From positions 1 through 64,000 of the forward strand of contig NW_021832970.1 in the NCBI RefSeq assembly GCF_006345805.1: a stretch of 64,000 bases of DNA, in the 5' to 3' direction. Position 1 is the stretch's first letter. The number at the start of each line of letters is the position of its first letter. Shown here in pieces: positions 23,701-36,857 of this stretch. This DNA is from Octopus sinensis. Its lineage: Eukaryota. A model generated the notes under the pieces. That model was not told the DNA's origin. It saw only the letters and a list, made by a program, of their open reading frames with translations, and did not search any database. A program made the position numbers and the translations under genes.

Positions 23701-24113
23701 AACATTTATATGTTTCCTATATATATATGTATTTTTATATTTTTTTATATATCTATATATTTATATATTTCTTTATATTTTTATGCATTTATTATTCTAG
23801 ATGTTGTAATGATAAAATATATATATCTTTAGTCGCTAAATTATTAATCATTAACTTTTAACCGCGATGGACTGCATTCACACGTTTTCCTTATATTTTC
23901 CTTATATGCTTGTATTGATGAGTTGTGCTTCATCTTCCGTGATTTTATGCATGTATATTCTATGTGAAAGAAAAAGCATTATGTGATTAAGTGTTCGAGA
24001 TATGAAATGTTACGTGGATGACCTTATATCTGTTTGTTCTGCAACCATAGGTTAATATATATGTATGTATATATATCAATATACAATATATATATATATG
24101 TTTATATATATGC

Positions 24114-24145
<32 letters not shown>

Positions 24146-24149
<4 letters not shown>

Positions 24150-24290
24150 CCGACGAAGAGCTCCGCTCGAAACGTTAAAACCTCCTTCTTCTTCCGTCTT
24201 TCCTGAGCGTCCAATAATACTATATTTGTTCCATGTCCTCGCGTTGTGTTTTTTTGTGCTTTCATGTTTGGATTAACTATATTATTATAT
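24146..24290 (+). mobile_element. Third copy of the hammerhead-carrying short element (motif 24147-24180)
   Basis: ttt-ccgacga-a-gagc(tcc)gctc-gaaa-cgtt-aaaa, flanked by (TA)n on both sides. Confidence 0.75.
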
Positions 24291-24303
24291 ATATATATAT
24301 ATA

Positions 24304-24340
<37 letters not shown>

Positions 24341-24573
24341 GCATATATATGTATATGTATATATAAATATATATATGTCTGCATGTATATACAGAATAAA
24401 AAATCTATATATACATATATATACATATCAATATATTATATATATGTGTATATATATGTATGCATGCATGTATGTATGCATATTATATGTATATCTATAC
24501 ACACACATACACACACACATACACACACACATATATATATAGATATATAGAAACATACATTATATATATATAT

Positions 24574-24806
24574 ATTTCTTTACTGCCCACAAGGGGCTAA
24601 ACATAGAAGGGACAAACAAGGACAGACAAAGGGATTAAGTCGATTACATCGACCCCAGTGCGTAACTGGTACTTAATTTATCGACCCCGAAAGGATGAAA
24701 GGCAAAGTCGACCTCGGCGGATTTTGAACCCAGAACACTTAACGGCAGACGAAATACGGCTAAGCATTTCGCCCGGCGTGCTAACGTTTCTGCCAGCTCG
24801 CCGCCC
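24574..24806 (-). mobile_element. SINE family B, full length, tail 1 running into (TA)n
   Basis: Near-identical to the 16463 copy. Confidence 0.95.
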
Positions 24807-25409
24807 TATATCATATATAGTACGCGTGTGTGTCAGCGCGTACGTATGCATGTATGAGCGCGGATATGTGTGTGTGAGCATGCATGTGTGTGTGTGCGTG
24901 TGCGTGAGCGAGTATGCGTGTGTATTTGTTCAAAATCCCCACCAAAGTAGCGCCCGCCTTTCATCTTTCAAGACTCTTTAAAACAAGTACCACCGAAGTA
25001 CTTGAACAAATTTATTCAACAATTCACCAAAGGTTGCTCACTTTCAGCTTTATATTTTATATTATTAATTACAATTTCGTCACATTTTCTTTTCATTTTT
25101 ATATATCTTTCCTTTGTTGCTTGCTCTTAGGTCTCTCCATCCTTAATTCTTTAGTACTCTCTGACTTCTTATACTCAATATACTCTATCTATACTCTCTA
25201 CCATTCTACTTCTAATTCGCTACATTTACCTAGCATTATATTATTATTTTATTAATATTTTTTTTTCTTTTTATTTGGTTGTTTAATTGTTTTTCATCGT
25301 ATCCTTCCCACTGTCTGTCTTTCAAATTTGGGGTCCTTTGAAATTCCCTTCTTTCTTTCTTTCTTTTTTCCTTCTTTCTATCCTGCCTTTCTTTCGTTTT
25401 TGATTCTTA

Positions 25410-25414
25410 TGTTT

Positions 25415-25450
<36 letters not shown>

Positions 25451-25462
25451 CTACTACATACA

Positions 25463-25496
<34 letters not shown>

Positions 25497-25870
25497 CATA
25501 CATATATACATACATATATACATATGCATACATACACATATAGATACATACATACATACATATATACATACATACATATACACATACATACATATATACA
25601 TACATACATATATACATATATATATACATACATATATATATACATATATATACATACATATATATATACATACATATATACATACATACATATATACATA
25701 CATGCATACATACATACATACATACATACATACATACATACATACATACATACATACATACATACATACATACATGTAATGTATGAAAATGTATGTCTGC
25801 ATACATGTACGCACATACCTAAACACGCACACACACACATATATGTATGTATTTATGTATTTATGTATGT
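25410..25870. repeat. (TA)/(ACAT)n microsatellite
   Basis: Direct reading. Confidence 0.95.
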
Positions 25871-26018
25871 GTTCCATCTCAAATTTTATTTACTTTCCCA
25901 AGAAAAAAGAAACTTAAATATATATGCGTGCGTCTCCGTCTGTTTTGTATATACACACTCATACATCCTTACATATATACAAATGCATATACATATATAC
26001 ATACATATATATATATAT

Positions 26019-26058
<40 letters not shown>

Positions 26059-26067
26059 TACACACAA

Positions 26068-26271
26068 CACCGATCTATGTATATGTGCGTTGCGCATACA
26101 CACACAACACACACACACACACACCACACACACACACATACCCCACACACATACACACATACAACACCACCGATCTATGTATATGTGCGTTTGCGCATAC
26201 ACCCACACCACACACACACACACACCACACACCGATCTATGTATATGTGCGTTTGCGCGCATACACACACA

Positions 26272-26305
<34 letters not shown>

Positions 26306-26369
26306 ACACACACACACATACAACACACACATACACACACACACCGATCTATGTATATGTGCGTTTGCG

Positions 26370-26418
<49 letters not shown>

Positions 26419-26533
26419 ACACATACACACCACCACCGATCTATGTATATGTGCGTTTGCGCATACCACACACACACACAACACACACACACACACACAC
26501 ACACACATCCATCTATGTATATGTGCGTTTGCG

Positions 26534-26570
<37 letters not shown>
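26068..26570. repeat. Compound minisatellite: six ~33-bp cores separated by variable CA spacers
   Basis: caccgatctatgtatatgtgcgtttgcgcatac at about 26068, 26168, 26230, 26342, 26434 and 26506. Confidence 0.92.
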
Positions 26571-26572
<2 letters not shown>

Positions 26573-27001
26573 TCCATACTTAACTTTTATTTACTTTCCC
26601 AAGAAAAAATATATAACTTCACAACTTGTGTTCTTTTCTGAAATTTATTGCAAAACTGATGTTTTCTTAAGTATTTTTTCTTTTAAACGAGCAAAACAAA
26701 TAGATTTTATACTCCCTCACACTTTATACACCCTCACATTGTATACCCACGCACACCCTTCACACTCACGCCCATACGCTTATGTACGTCCGTGCGCGAG
26801 CATCAAGTGTGTGTATGTGTGCTGGTGAGAAGGTGGGTGTGTTCGAAGCGCTGAATGTGTATGCGTGTGTGTGTATATATACATGTATATCTTGTATGTA
26901 AATAAATGCGTGAATATATGCACTTATTTTTATGGAAGTATATGCATATTTACACTCACCACACAGACACAAACACAGGTACACACATACAGACATACAG
27001 G

Positions 27002-27045
<44 letters not shown>

Positions 27046-27204
27046 GTATACATATGTATATGTTTGCGTGTTTAAGTTGGTATATAAAAAAGATAGATGG
27101 GGATATAGATACATAGATAGACAGACAGAGAGAGAGAGAGAGAGAGAGAAAGAGACTGACAAACAGACAGACATTCAGATGGACAGACAGACTGACAGTC
27201 AGGC

Positions 27205-27266
<62 letters not shown>

Positions 27267-27268
<2 letters not shown>

Positions 27269-27480
27269 TTCTTTACTACCCACAAGGGGCTAAACATAGA
27301 GGGGACAAACAAGGACAGACAAAGGGACTAAGTCGATTACATCGGCCCCAGTGCGTAACTGGTTTTTAATTTATCGACCCCGAAAGGATGAAAGGCAAAG
27401 TCGATCTCGGCGGAATTTGAACTCACAACGTAACGGCAGACGAAATACTGCTAAGCATTTCTCCCGACGTGCTAACGTTT
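27267..27480 (-). mobile_element. SINE family B, tail 1 running into (TCTA)n
   Basis: Matches the 16463 copy; the first bases of the head are missing. Confidence 0.92.
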
Positions 27481-27500
27481 AGATAGTTAGAAAGATAGAA

Positions 27501-27576
27501 TGTTTCTTTATTAGCCACACAGGGCTGCACACAGATAGAACAAATTACAAGGTAGAGCTTTTCTTTTGAAGGTTTA
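27501..27576 (-). mobile_element. Retroelement 3'-tail module, 76 bp, identical to 42881-42956
   Basis: tgtttctttattagccacacagggctgcacacagatagaacaaattacaaggtagagcttttcttttgaaggttta occurs in both places. Confidence 0.8.
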
Positions 27577-27663
27577 AAAAAAAGAAAAAAAAAAAAAAGG
27601 AAGGGGGAGTTTCGATCAAAAGGGATCGTAAAAGGAGAGAAAGAGGACAAAAAAAAAAAAGAT

Positions 27664-27704
<41 letters not shown>

Positions 27705-27896
27705 TAGATAGATAGACAGAGTCAGACAGACAGACAGACAGATAGTACATATGTGTTTTACATCAAAGAGGAGAAGAGTACTTGTAATAAGAAGAGAGTA
27801 ACACACATTATATATTATAGCCGTCACCGACGAGCGAGGCTTTAAAACAGGTACCGTGTTTTCACCATTTACTTTAGATGCTTATGCTATCTGTAA

Positions 27897-28230
27897 GAAG
27901 GCGCATGGCTCAGTGGTTAGAGTTTCGAGCTTACGATCGTGAGGTTGTGAGTTCGATGACCGGACCGGGTTGCGTGTTGTGTTCTTGAGCAAGACACTTT
28001 ATTTCACGTTGCTCCACTTCACTCAGCTGTAGAAATGAGTTGTGACGTCACTGGTGCCAAGCTGTATCGGCCCCTTTGCCTTTCCATTGGATAACATCGG
28101 TGGCGTGTGAAGCGGAGAGGCCGGTATGCATGAGCGACTGCTGGCCTTCCTCAAACAAACCTTGCCCGGTAGGTAACTTTCTAGGTACAATCCCATGGTC
28201 ATTCGTGACCGAAAGGGTCTCCTCAAGAGG
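27897..28230 (+). mobile_element. SINE family C variant with a long tail
   Basis: gaaggcgcatggctcagtggttagag..gagttcgat..tgtgttcttgagcaagacacttt. Confidence 0.85.
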
Positions 28231-28432
28231 ACGCCTTCTCAGACACCTTGTCAGCTTCTCACCCTTGTCAAACCGGAACATCCAAGGGATGACAATTGGA
28301 AATGAAGAGGGCTATACCAACATCCAGCAGGTATTCATTATAGCTGAGTACACAGGAACAACGCAAAATGAGGTCCTTTGCCCAAAGACATACCGCACAG
28401 TAACATCCAAGAATTGACCCCATGACTTTATG

Positions 28433-28590
28433 GTGTGGTAAGAATCTTGCTTCCTAACTAGATGGTCCCGGGTTCCGTCCTGCTGCGTAGCGCCTTGGAC
28501 AAGTGTCTTCTGCTATAGCCATGGGCCAACCAATGCTTTGTGAGAGGATTTAATAGACGGAAACTGAAAGAAGCCCGTTGTATATTCATG
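28433..28590 (+). mobile_element. SINE family A, 5' half, diverged
   Basis: ccttggacaagtgtcttctgctatagcc..agacggaaactgaaagaagcccg. Confidence 0.8.
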
Positions 28591-29079
28591 TGTATGTGTG
28601 TGTGTGTGTTTGTGTACGTACGTTTGTATATACGTGTGTGTATGTGTGTGTGTTTACGCATGTATGTGTTTGTGCGTACGTATGTATGCACATGTGTATG
28701 TGTGTGTGTGTGTGTGTATGTGTGTGTAATGCAAATTAGTTAGAATGAGGACACTATGTGTTAGCGCGACTTGCTACAATTAGCAGTTAAATCTCTTTCA
28801 AATCAAACACTGACATCTTAAGAAGGACAGACTGGATAACATGGTTCTGGATTCTTTACACTCAAGAAAAAGATGGAATGGTCACAGCTGGAATGTCTTC
28901 GTTCATAGGACTTCTCAATTAGGGTTGACGTGGAGACTTAACAACACCAACGATAACAAGTAGATGGAATATAGGGATAAAGAAAGGAAAGAGAGAGAGA
29001 GAGGGTGGGAGAGAGACAGACAGACAGAAGTGGTGAGTGAGAGAGAGAGGAAGAGAGGAAGATTCAGCATGACACAGAA

Positions 29080-29250
29080 TGTGACAAAGCTGGCCCTTTG
29101 AAACAGGTACAACTCAATTTTGCCAACTTAGTGGACTGGAGTAACCTGAAATAAAGTGTGTTGCTCAAGGGCGTAATGCATCACCGGGTATCGAACTCAC
29201 GATCTTACGATCGTAAGCCGAATACCCTAATCACTAAGCCCCGTGCCATC
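29080..29250 (-). mobile_element. SINE family C, diverged
   Basis: aaataaagtgtgttgctcaagg..atcgaactcacgatcttacgatc..cactaagcc. Confidence 0.7.
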
Positions 29251-29527
29251 ACCATTTTTCCGATATAAAGGCACTGTAAGACAACCCCTCCCTCTCTTTC
29301 GTCATCTTTCTCTACAAATGCTACTTGAAGAAGTTGATAAGAGTTGATAGAAAGTTGCTACCTTCAAACCTTTCAGACAAGTCTACCACACAACCTATTT
29401 CGGCACAACTATCAGGCAGAGAAAGATTTGCCTCTCTTTCCTTCTAAAGGGAATGGTGCGTTGACCTTCACTACAGATTCGGTAGAAAGCCGGATTCGTC
29501 CTACATGTAACGTCAGCCCACAAATCT

Positions 29528-29759
29528 ATTTCTTTACTACCCACAAGGGGCTAAACAGAGAGAGGACAAACAAGGACAGACAAACAGATTAAGTCGATTA
29601 CATCGACCCCAGTGCGTAACTGGTACTTAATTTATCGACCACGAAAGGATGAAAGGCAAAGTCGACCTCGGCGGAATTTGAACTCAGAACGTAACGGCAG
29701 ATGAAATACGCCTACGCATTTCGCCCGACGTGCTAACGTTTCTGCCAGCTCGCCGCCTT
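29528..29759 (-). mobile_element. SINE family B, full length, tail 1
   Basis: Near-identical to the 16463 copy. Confidence 0.95.
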
Positions 29760-29789
29760 AATCACTATCAGCCCACAAATCACTATTGC

Positions 29790-30515
29790 ACGGATTCCAA
29801 TGATGGCGTGCAAACCGTTTTCGTCAATTTGCATGCATCTCGAACAAGTTCGGTTATTAACACTTCCGTACCTGAAGAACGTTTCCCTGCAACACTGCTA
29901 TGCCAAGGATTTGTGGAAGTTGTTTGTAGTCTTCCAGACGAGCCTATTCCGACTGTGCCAGTAGTTGCTCAGAATCAATCTCAGGCAATCATGGCTGATA
30001 CTGTTAATTACCCGCCGTCTAAAGAAATTTAGAGTAATTTCCTGCTGACCTTTTTGACTAGTTTCTACAATGCTATGAGCGCCTGGAAACATTTTAGGTG
30101 TCAAAAGCACAATCTTGGTTTACGCTTGATCCAGCACTGCCACTCTGTCAAAGAGACAAGCTACGGAAAGACGTGTCGCACGAGACATCCACATCAGTTT
30201 TCACTCGGTTTCACCATCGTCGTTAACACTACCGCAGTGATCTAGATATTTCTGCAGGTGTTGCAACTTCAATGCATGTCAGTGCATCCTCAAGGACGGC
30301 ACCTTGAGACCATCTTGAAGTGGGTGTCGACAGCAGATGGACTTCCTGACCAGCGGAACCTGCCCCCCCCCCACGACCCATGTCCGCAGATCATTAACCA
30401 CAAGATTTCGGGTCGTCTTTGCAGAGGGTACTGGTACCAGACGGCTCAACTAGACAGCGAAACTTGTCCCTGGCAGACATTCCTATCAAGTTTGATATGG
30501 CCTGGATAAAAACAT
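29790..30515 (-). pseudogene. Decayed L1/Tx1-like ORF2 C-terminal region with a CCHC knuckle
   Basis: Minus strand gives PLVRKSICCRHPLQDGLKVPSL..., ...NRTCSRCMQIDENGLHA (CxxC...H); interrupted by stops. Confidence 0.55.
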
Positions 30516-30545
30516 TGCGATCAAATTGTGATACAGGCAGACAGT

Positions 30546-30636
<91 letters not shown>

Positions 30637-30719
30637 TAGTTTATTGAAACTAAATATTAACCTCGTGAATCGATTTTCACGCCATTAGGATCGTCAGTTC
30701 AATAACAAATTAAAAGCAG

Positions 30720-30890
30720 CGCACATATCGAATTTAATCTTTTGATTATCGACCGCACATATTCAATTTACTCTTACGATTACCGATCGCACATATTGAA
30801 TTAAATCTTTTGATTATCGACCGCATATATAGAATTTAATCTTTTGATTATCGTCTGCACACACTGAATTTACTCTTACGTAATTATCGC
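30720..30890. repeat. 34-bp minisatellite, five units
   Basis: cgcacatat(c/t)gaattta(a/c)tctt(tt/ac)gattatcgac repeated five times. Confidence 0.9.
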
Positions 30891-31230
30891 CGTGGTATAC
30901 CAGCAAATAATTTTTACACTATTTATATATAGTCATAGACTGGAGATTCGATTCAGGTACAGCCTGTTGATAAGCCATAAAAATGACGAAATATCCTGAA
31001 TGGGATTAAAGGCGAATACTCTCGCCTGTCTATGACTTTCAGATGTTTCGGCGTCTGAGGGAGTTGTCCCCGGAGCGCTATACCTCAGCGAGCCGGCGAA
31101 CATACAAAACACATAGATTGAGTATGTGTGGTCGATAATATATATAAATATATATATAGGTCGAACATCATAGCATATCAACATATACATATATTATGCA
31201 TTATATATCATATATGTATATGCATTTGTA

Positions 31231-31604
31231 TCTCTCTATATATAAACGGCAAAATGTCTGTCTGTGTGTGTGTCCTTTATACAAATCTACAATTTTTCAG
31301 TTAGAAGGGCTCAAACTTTCTATGGTCATTCAAAACCGTCCAAGGGTGGTCGTGCACATCTTTACATTTCTTCAGTCACCCCTCAAAGCCATTAAAAGAC
31401 CAATAGAAGTGACTTTTTTGTGAATTTTCTATCCAAAAGCCAATCAAAATGCCCGAAACTTGATACGCCAATTGAATGTCAGCTAGCTGTATGTGATTGG
31501 TCGGAGATTTGGACAGTACTCGCGGTGTGTATGTGCGCTCGCACGCAGCTGTATATATGCATGCAATAGCACTTTGACCCGGCAACGCCGGGTCATAGTG
31601 CTAG
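31231..31604 (+). mobile_element. Non-autonomous Helitron
   Basis: A|TC...ctatatataaa 5' end; 3' hairpin tgacccggc-aac-gccgggtca followed by CTAG|T, which are the canonical Helitron termini and A-T target. Confidence 0.85.
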
Positions 31605-31942
31605 TATATATATATATAGATATATATATCTATATATATATATATATAATATGCATGTGTGTATATCTATGAGTATATATATATATATAATTAATATATA
31701 TATATATATTATATATATATATATATATATGTATACATATGTATGTATTATGTATGTACATATGCGTGTGTATGCCCATAATACATACATGCATACACGT
31801 CAAGCCCAAAATTATATCAATAACGCGTAAAACCTATGAAGGCATGTAGGTATATATGTCAAGCAGCTATATATGTCATGTGAGGCAACTCTATTTATGT
31901 ATGTACACAACACACACACACACAAACACCACACCCACACAC

Positions 31943-31984
<42 letters not shown>

Positions 31985-32468
31985 ATATATATAATAATAT
32001 ATATATATAATACCTCATACACCACATATATGTGTGTCAGGCCATATACTATGTGTGTATATATATTAACAACACGTTATTGACATTCCTAGAAGCACGT
32101 GTGGATATCTCGCCGTCAATGTTTATTTTAGTGACATGAGTGTGTGTATGTGTGTGTGTATATGTGTGTGTGTGTATATGCCTGTTATCTATAAATGTAT
32201 TCTATGCGTATTAAGGTTTTTATTCATGTGTGTATGTATGTACTTGTTCGCACGTATGTGTGTGTGTGTGTTCTTGTGTATGTGTGAGTGAAAGCTTGCG
32301 TGTGTGTGAGAGAGAGAGATGATATTTGGTTGATAACTGATTAAGGATGGAGCTAGTCCACGTCCATTGTGTGTGTGTGTGTATGGTTATTTTTCCTGTT
32401 ATTTTCCTGTTTTTCCGTATGTTACTTCGTCGTCCCCATGAATCGTATTTATATTAATACACACCACC

Positions 32469-32505
<37 letters not shown>

Positions 32506-32699
32506 CATATACATATACATATATATACATATACATATAATATATATACATACTATACATATAATATATATACATTATATATATATATACTATACATATA
32601 TATATATATATATAATATGCATATACATATATATATATATAATATACATTATATATATATACATTACATATAGGCATATATATACATATATATATATAC

Positions 32700-32935
32700 A
32701 TATATAATTTCAACAATGAGGGTAAAAATAATAATTAATTAATCATTTCACCAAGTATTCAGTATGCAAAGGGACATTTAGGCAAATTCAAAATTATTAT
32801 ACATATAATTTCTTGAGTTGAATGAGCAAACACTATATGAGAGAGTTTCTTTAGTGTTAGAATAGTTTTTTTAGCTGCGATTTCTAACGAGTTCAGTATG
32901 CGGCATATAGTAATTTATTTTACTAAGCCCTTTTA
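32700..32935 (+). repeat. TA-flanked interspersed repeat related to 54540-54640
   Basis: Both share agggt(a/g)aaa..aattaatt..caccaagta.tc.g.atg.aaa. Confidence 0.5.
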
Positions 32936-33232
32936 TATAATATACATATATATATATATAATACATACATATACTATATATACATATACATATAGACATA
33001 CATATACATAATATATACATATACATATAGACATATACATATATATATATATATACATATACTATAGACATATACATATACATCTATATATACATATACA
33101 TATAGACAATACATATATATATATATATACTATACATATAATATACATATACATATAGACATATACATATACATATATATATATACATATACATATATAT
33201 ATACATATATATATATATATACATATATATAC

Positions 33233-33264
<32 letters not shown>

Positions 33265-33334
33265 ATATATTATACATATATACATATACATATACATATA
33301 CATATATATACATATATACACATATATACATATA

Positions 33335-33376
<42 letters not shown>

Positions 33377-33688
33377 ATATGTGTGTGTTAATGTAATGTA
33401 TTTATATTATATAAAGTGAGTGTTGGTAACGTTTCGCAAAAATATGTTTGTAATATCCGTTATTAACCTGAAAAACAACATTTGTACAGAAATTCCCATA
33501 ACGTAGCAGGAAGTAGTTGAAGCCGAAAATATCCGGGTTGGGTGTTATCCTGTGACGGAGGAGTCACCCAAGGGACAGAGGGTGACGCAAAACAGAGTGA
33601 TTGATTAAGTTATACCACCCAAAACCAGGAGCGGTTCCTCAGTGTATAACCCCACTGAATTTCACAAGGCTGTGTTAGATATGTGAAA

Positions 33689-34215
33689 GAGCGTGGCCTA
33701 GCGGTTAAGGGTGTTGCATTCAAGATCTTGTGGAGGCACATGGCCTAGTGGTTAGAGCAGCGGACTCGCGGTCGAGGGATCACGGGTTCGAATCTCAGAC
33801 TGTGCGATATGTGTGTTTATGAGCGAAATAGCTAAGCTCCACGCGTCTCCGGCAGAAGGTAATGGCGAACTTCTGCTGACTCTTTCGCCACAACCTTCTC
33901 TCACTCTTACCTCATGCATCTTGCAGCTCACCTGCGACGGACCGGCGTCCCGTCCAGGTGGGGAACCTATACGCCAAGGAAACCAGGAAACCGGCCCTTA
34001 TGAACCAGGCATGGCCCGAGAAGGAACAAATAATTCACGATCTTGCGATCGTGGCTTGGATTCTCAGACTAACGATGCGTCGTGTTCTTGAGCAAAGCAC
34101 TTCATTTACAGTCCATGCAGTTGTGAGTAACCGCGTGACCCTGTGCCGGACTGGCGTCCCATTCCAGGGGCGTGTTGTGAATTTTCGGTCACTTACATGT
34201 CATAGGCCTTCTCGC
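33689..34215 (+). mobile_element. SINE C-type copy with a second tRNA-headed SINE (33733-34032) nested in its head
   Basis: The host head stops at 33732 and resumes at 34033; 15-bp duplication attca(a/c)gatcttg(t/c)g. Confidence 0.8.
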
Positions 34216-34549
34216 TCTAACTGATGAGGTGAAGACAATTGAATGTAACGAAACGCATTGTGACCAGCGGTGTATAACAATATCCGATAGTCAGATCGAT
34301 ACAGAAATACAGCAACGATAAAATATATTTGGTGAAAACGTAGTGCAGTGTAATGGAACACGAAACCACGTTGTTTCGAAGCGAATATCTTAACCACACA
34401 GCCATGAAACGACTTTACCTTTCATCTTATCTGTTCCTGTTTGTTTCTGTTTGTTGTAGTTTGGGCCTTTAAGGTAGAATTTCAATCGGCACATTTTGTT
34501 TGGAGGGGGACGAAAGAAGGAAGGGGCCATGAATATTAGAAACGGGTTT

Positions 34550-34970
34550 AAGGCGGCGAGCTGGCAGAATCGTTAGCACGCCGGGCGAAATGCTTAGCGA
34601 TATTTCGTCTGCCGCTACGTTCTGAGTTCAAATTCCGCCGAGGTCGATTTTGCCTTTCATCCTTTCGGGGTCGATAAATTAAGTACCAGTTACGCACTGG
34701 GGTCGATGTAATCGAGTTAATCCGTTTGTCTGTCCTTGTTTGTCCCCTCTATGTTTAGCTCCTTGTGGGCAATAAAGAAATAAGAATCGTTAACACGCCG
34801 GGCGAAATGTTTAGTGGTATTTCGTCTGTCTTTATGTTCTGAGTTCAAATTCCGCCGAGGTTGACTTTGCCTTTCAACCTTTCGGGGTCGATAAATTAAG
34901 TACCAGTTGTGTACTCCGGTCGATCTAATCGACTGGTTCCCTCCCCCCAAATTTGTGCCTAGAGCAGAAA
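34550..34970 (+). mobile_element. SINE family B dimer (tail-1 unit plus tail-2 unit)
   Basis: Junction aataaagaaataagaatcgttaacacg near 34782. Confidence 0.92.
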
Positions 34971-35364
34971 AAAATATCTGTGGTGGTCGTAGTTTTTGTC
35001 ACTATCGTCGTTATGTTCCGATCAACCGTTTTGAATTATACTAAGGATCAATGACACCCCAGCTGTAACTGAGTTTTTTTCCTTTTCTTTTTTATTCTTT
35101 TTACTTTTCTATTGACAATTTACAATTTAACATATTACGTTAGGTTCTATTTAAGGAATATTTGGATACTATTTCTAACAGGTCGAGTGAGCGTATAAAT
35201 TAGTTGAGATTATAAATTAAGAAACTTTCGTAGTTTCGAACCTGCAAGCACCGTTTCGACAAATTTATCCTTCAATAACACTTTTAATTCTATAAACTTT
35301 TAAATGATTCTAACCAAGATTCAACTGGTTATGTGATAAAAGATTAGTAATGTTTGTCATCGTT

Positions 35365-35742
35365 AAGGCGGCGAGCTGGCAGAAACATTAGCACGCCGGG
35401 CGAAATGCGTAGCCGAATTTCGTCTGCCGTTACGTTCTGAGTTCAAATTCCGCTGAGGTCTACTTTGCCTTTCATCCTTTCGGGTCGTACTGGGGTCGAT
35501 ATAATCGACTTAATCCCTTTGTCTGTCCTTGTTTGTCCTCTGTGTTCAGCCCCTTGTGGGTAGTAAAGAAATAGGTATTTCGTCTGCCGTTACGTTCTGT
35601 GTTCAAATTCTGCCGAGGTCGACTTTGCCTTTCACCCTTTAGGGGTTGATAAATTAAATTCCAGTTACGTACAGTGATCGATCTAATCGACTGGACCCCC
35701 TCCCCCAAAAATTTAGGGACTTGTACCTAGAGTAGAAAAGAA
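35365..35742 (+). mobile_element. SINE family B dimer (tail-1 unit plus tail-2 unit)
   Basis: Junction agtaaagaaataggtatttcgtctgccg near 35575. Confidence 0.9.
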
Positions 35743-35936
35743 TATCTATCATCGTTTTTTTAAGATATTGCTTCTCAATCGGGGTTCATCTGACCCTTAG
35801 AGGGCCATATAAAATTTCTGTTGTTAAATTTTACACGTCATAAGTTGATTATACTTCAATACAAGAAATATTTTATTTTTTTAATATGATTCCTAATAAT
35901 ATTACAAAAATAATAATATTGCAAAAATAAAAATAT

Positions 35937-36028
35937 AGGCACAGGCGTGGCTGTGTGGTAAGAAGCTCGCTTCACACCTTGTTCCGGGTTCACACCTTGG
36001 GCAAATGTGTTCTATTATTGTCTCGGGC
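35937..36028 (+). mobile_element. SINE family A head fragment with internal deletions
   Basis: aggcacaggcgtggctgtgtggtaagaagc..ccttgggcaaatgtgttct. Confidence 0.75.
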
Positions 36029-36072
36029 AGGCAGACAGACAGACAGGCAGATAGGCAGACAGATAGGCAGAC

Positions 36073-36134
<62 letters not shown>

Positions 36135-36349
36135 AGAGAGAGAGAAAGAGAGGAAGAGGCAGACAGACAGAGCGATGGATGGACGGATAAAAAAACTGAC
36201 AGTTAGAGAGACAGATACAGAGATAGAGAGAGAGAAAGAAAGAGAGAGACAGAATGAGAGAGACGGACAGACAAGGCAGAGTGACGGACAAACAGATGAA
36301 AAGAATAGATAAATAGATAGATAGATAAATAGATAGATAGATAGATAAG

Positions 36350-36385
<36 letters not shown>

Positions 36386-36552
36386 AAAATAGATAGGTTG
36401 ATAGTGAAAAACAGAAAGTGGACCAAATTTCGAAAGGAAGGAAAAATACAGAAAACCAAAGAAGCAAGAAGAAGAAATAAATGAAAGAAAGAATAAGGAG
36501 GATGATGATATCGGGAAATAAAACTGATAGAGTTTATATCTATATGATATAT

Positions 36553-36587
<35 letters not shown>

Positions 36588-36675
36588 GGATAAAAACGAA
36601 AAAGAAAGTGAAAGTAAGGCAATAGCAAACCGTGACAACGTGAGTTAATGGAGTGAGAATGAACGATACATGTAT

Positions 36676-36823
36676 GTGTGGTACGAAGCTGCTTCCCAAT
36701 CAACATGGTTCCAGGTTCAGTCCCAATACGTGGCACTTTGAGCAAATTTCTTCTACTATAGCCTCGAGCCGACCAAAGTCTTGTGAGTAGATTTTGGTAG
36801 ATGGAAACTGAAAAAAGCCCGTC

Positions 36824-36857
<34 letters not shown>

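Noticed and set aside
26068-26570. CRISPR-like repeat-spacer appearance
   Set aside because: The spacers are low-complexity CA runs of uneven length, there are no cas genes, and the context is eukaryotic.
25524-26828. 434-aa ORF, the longest in the track
   Set aside because: It is a translation of CA/TA microsatellites and the minisatellite; no domain content.
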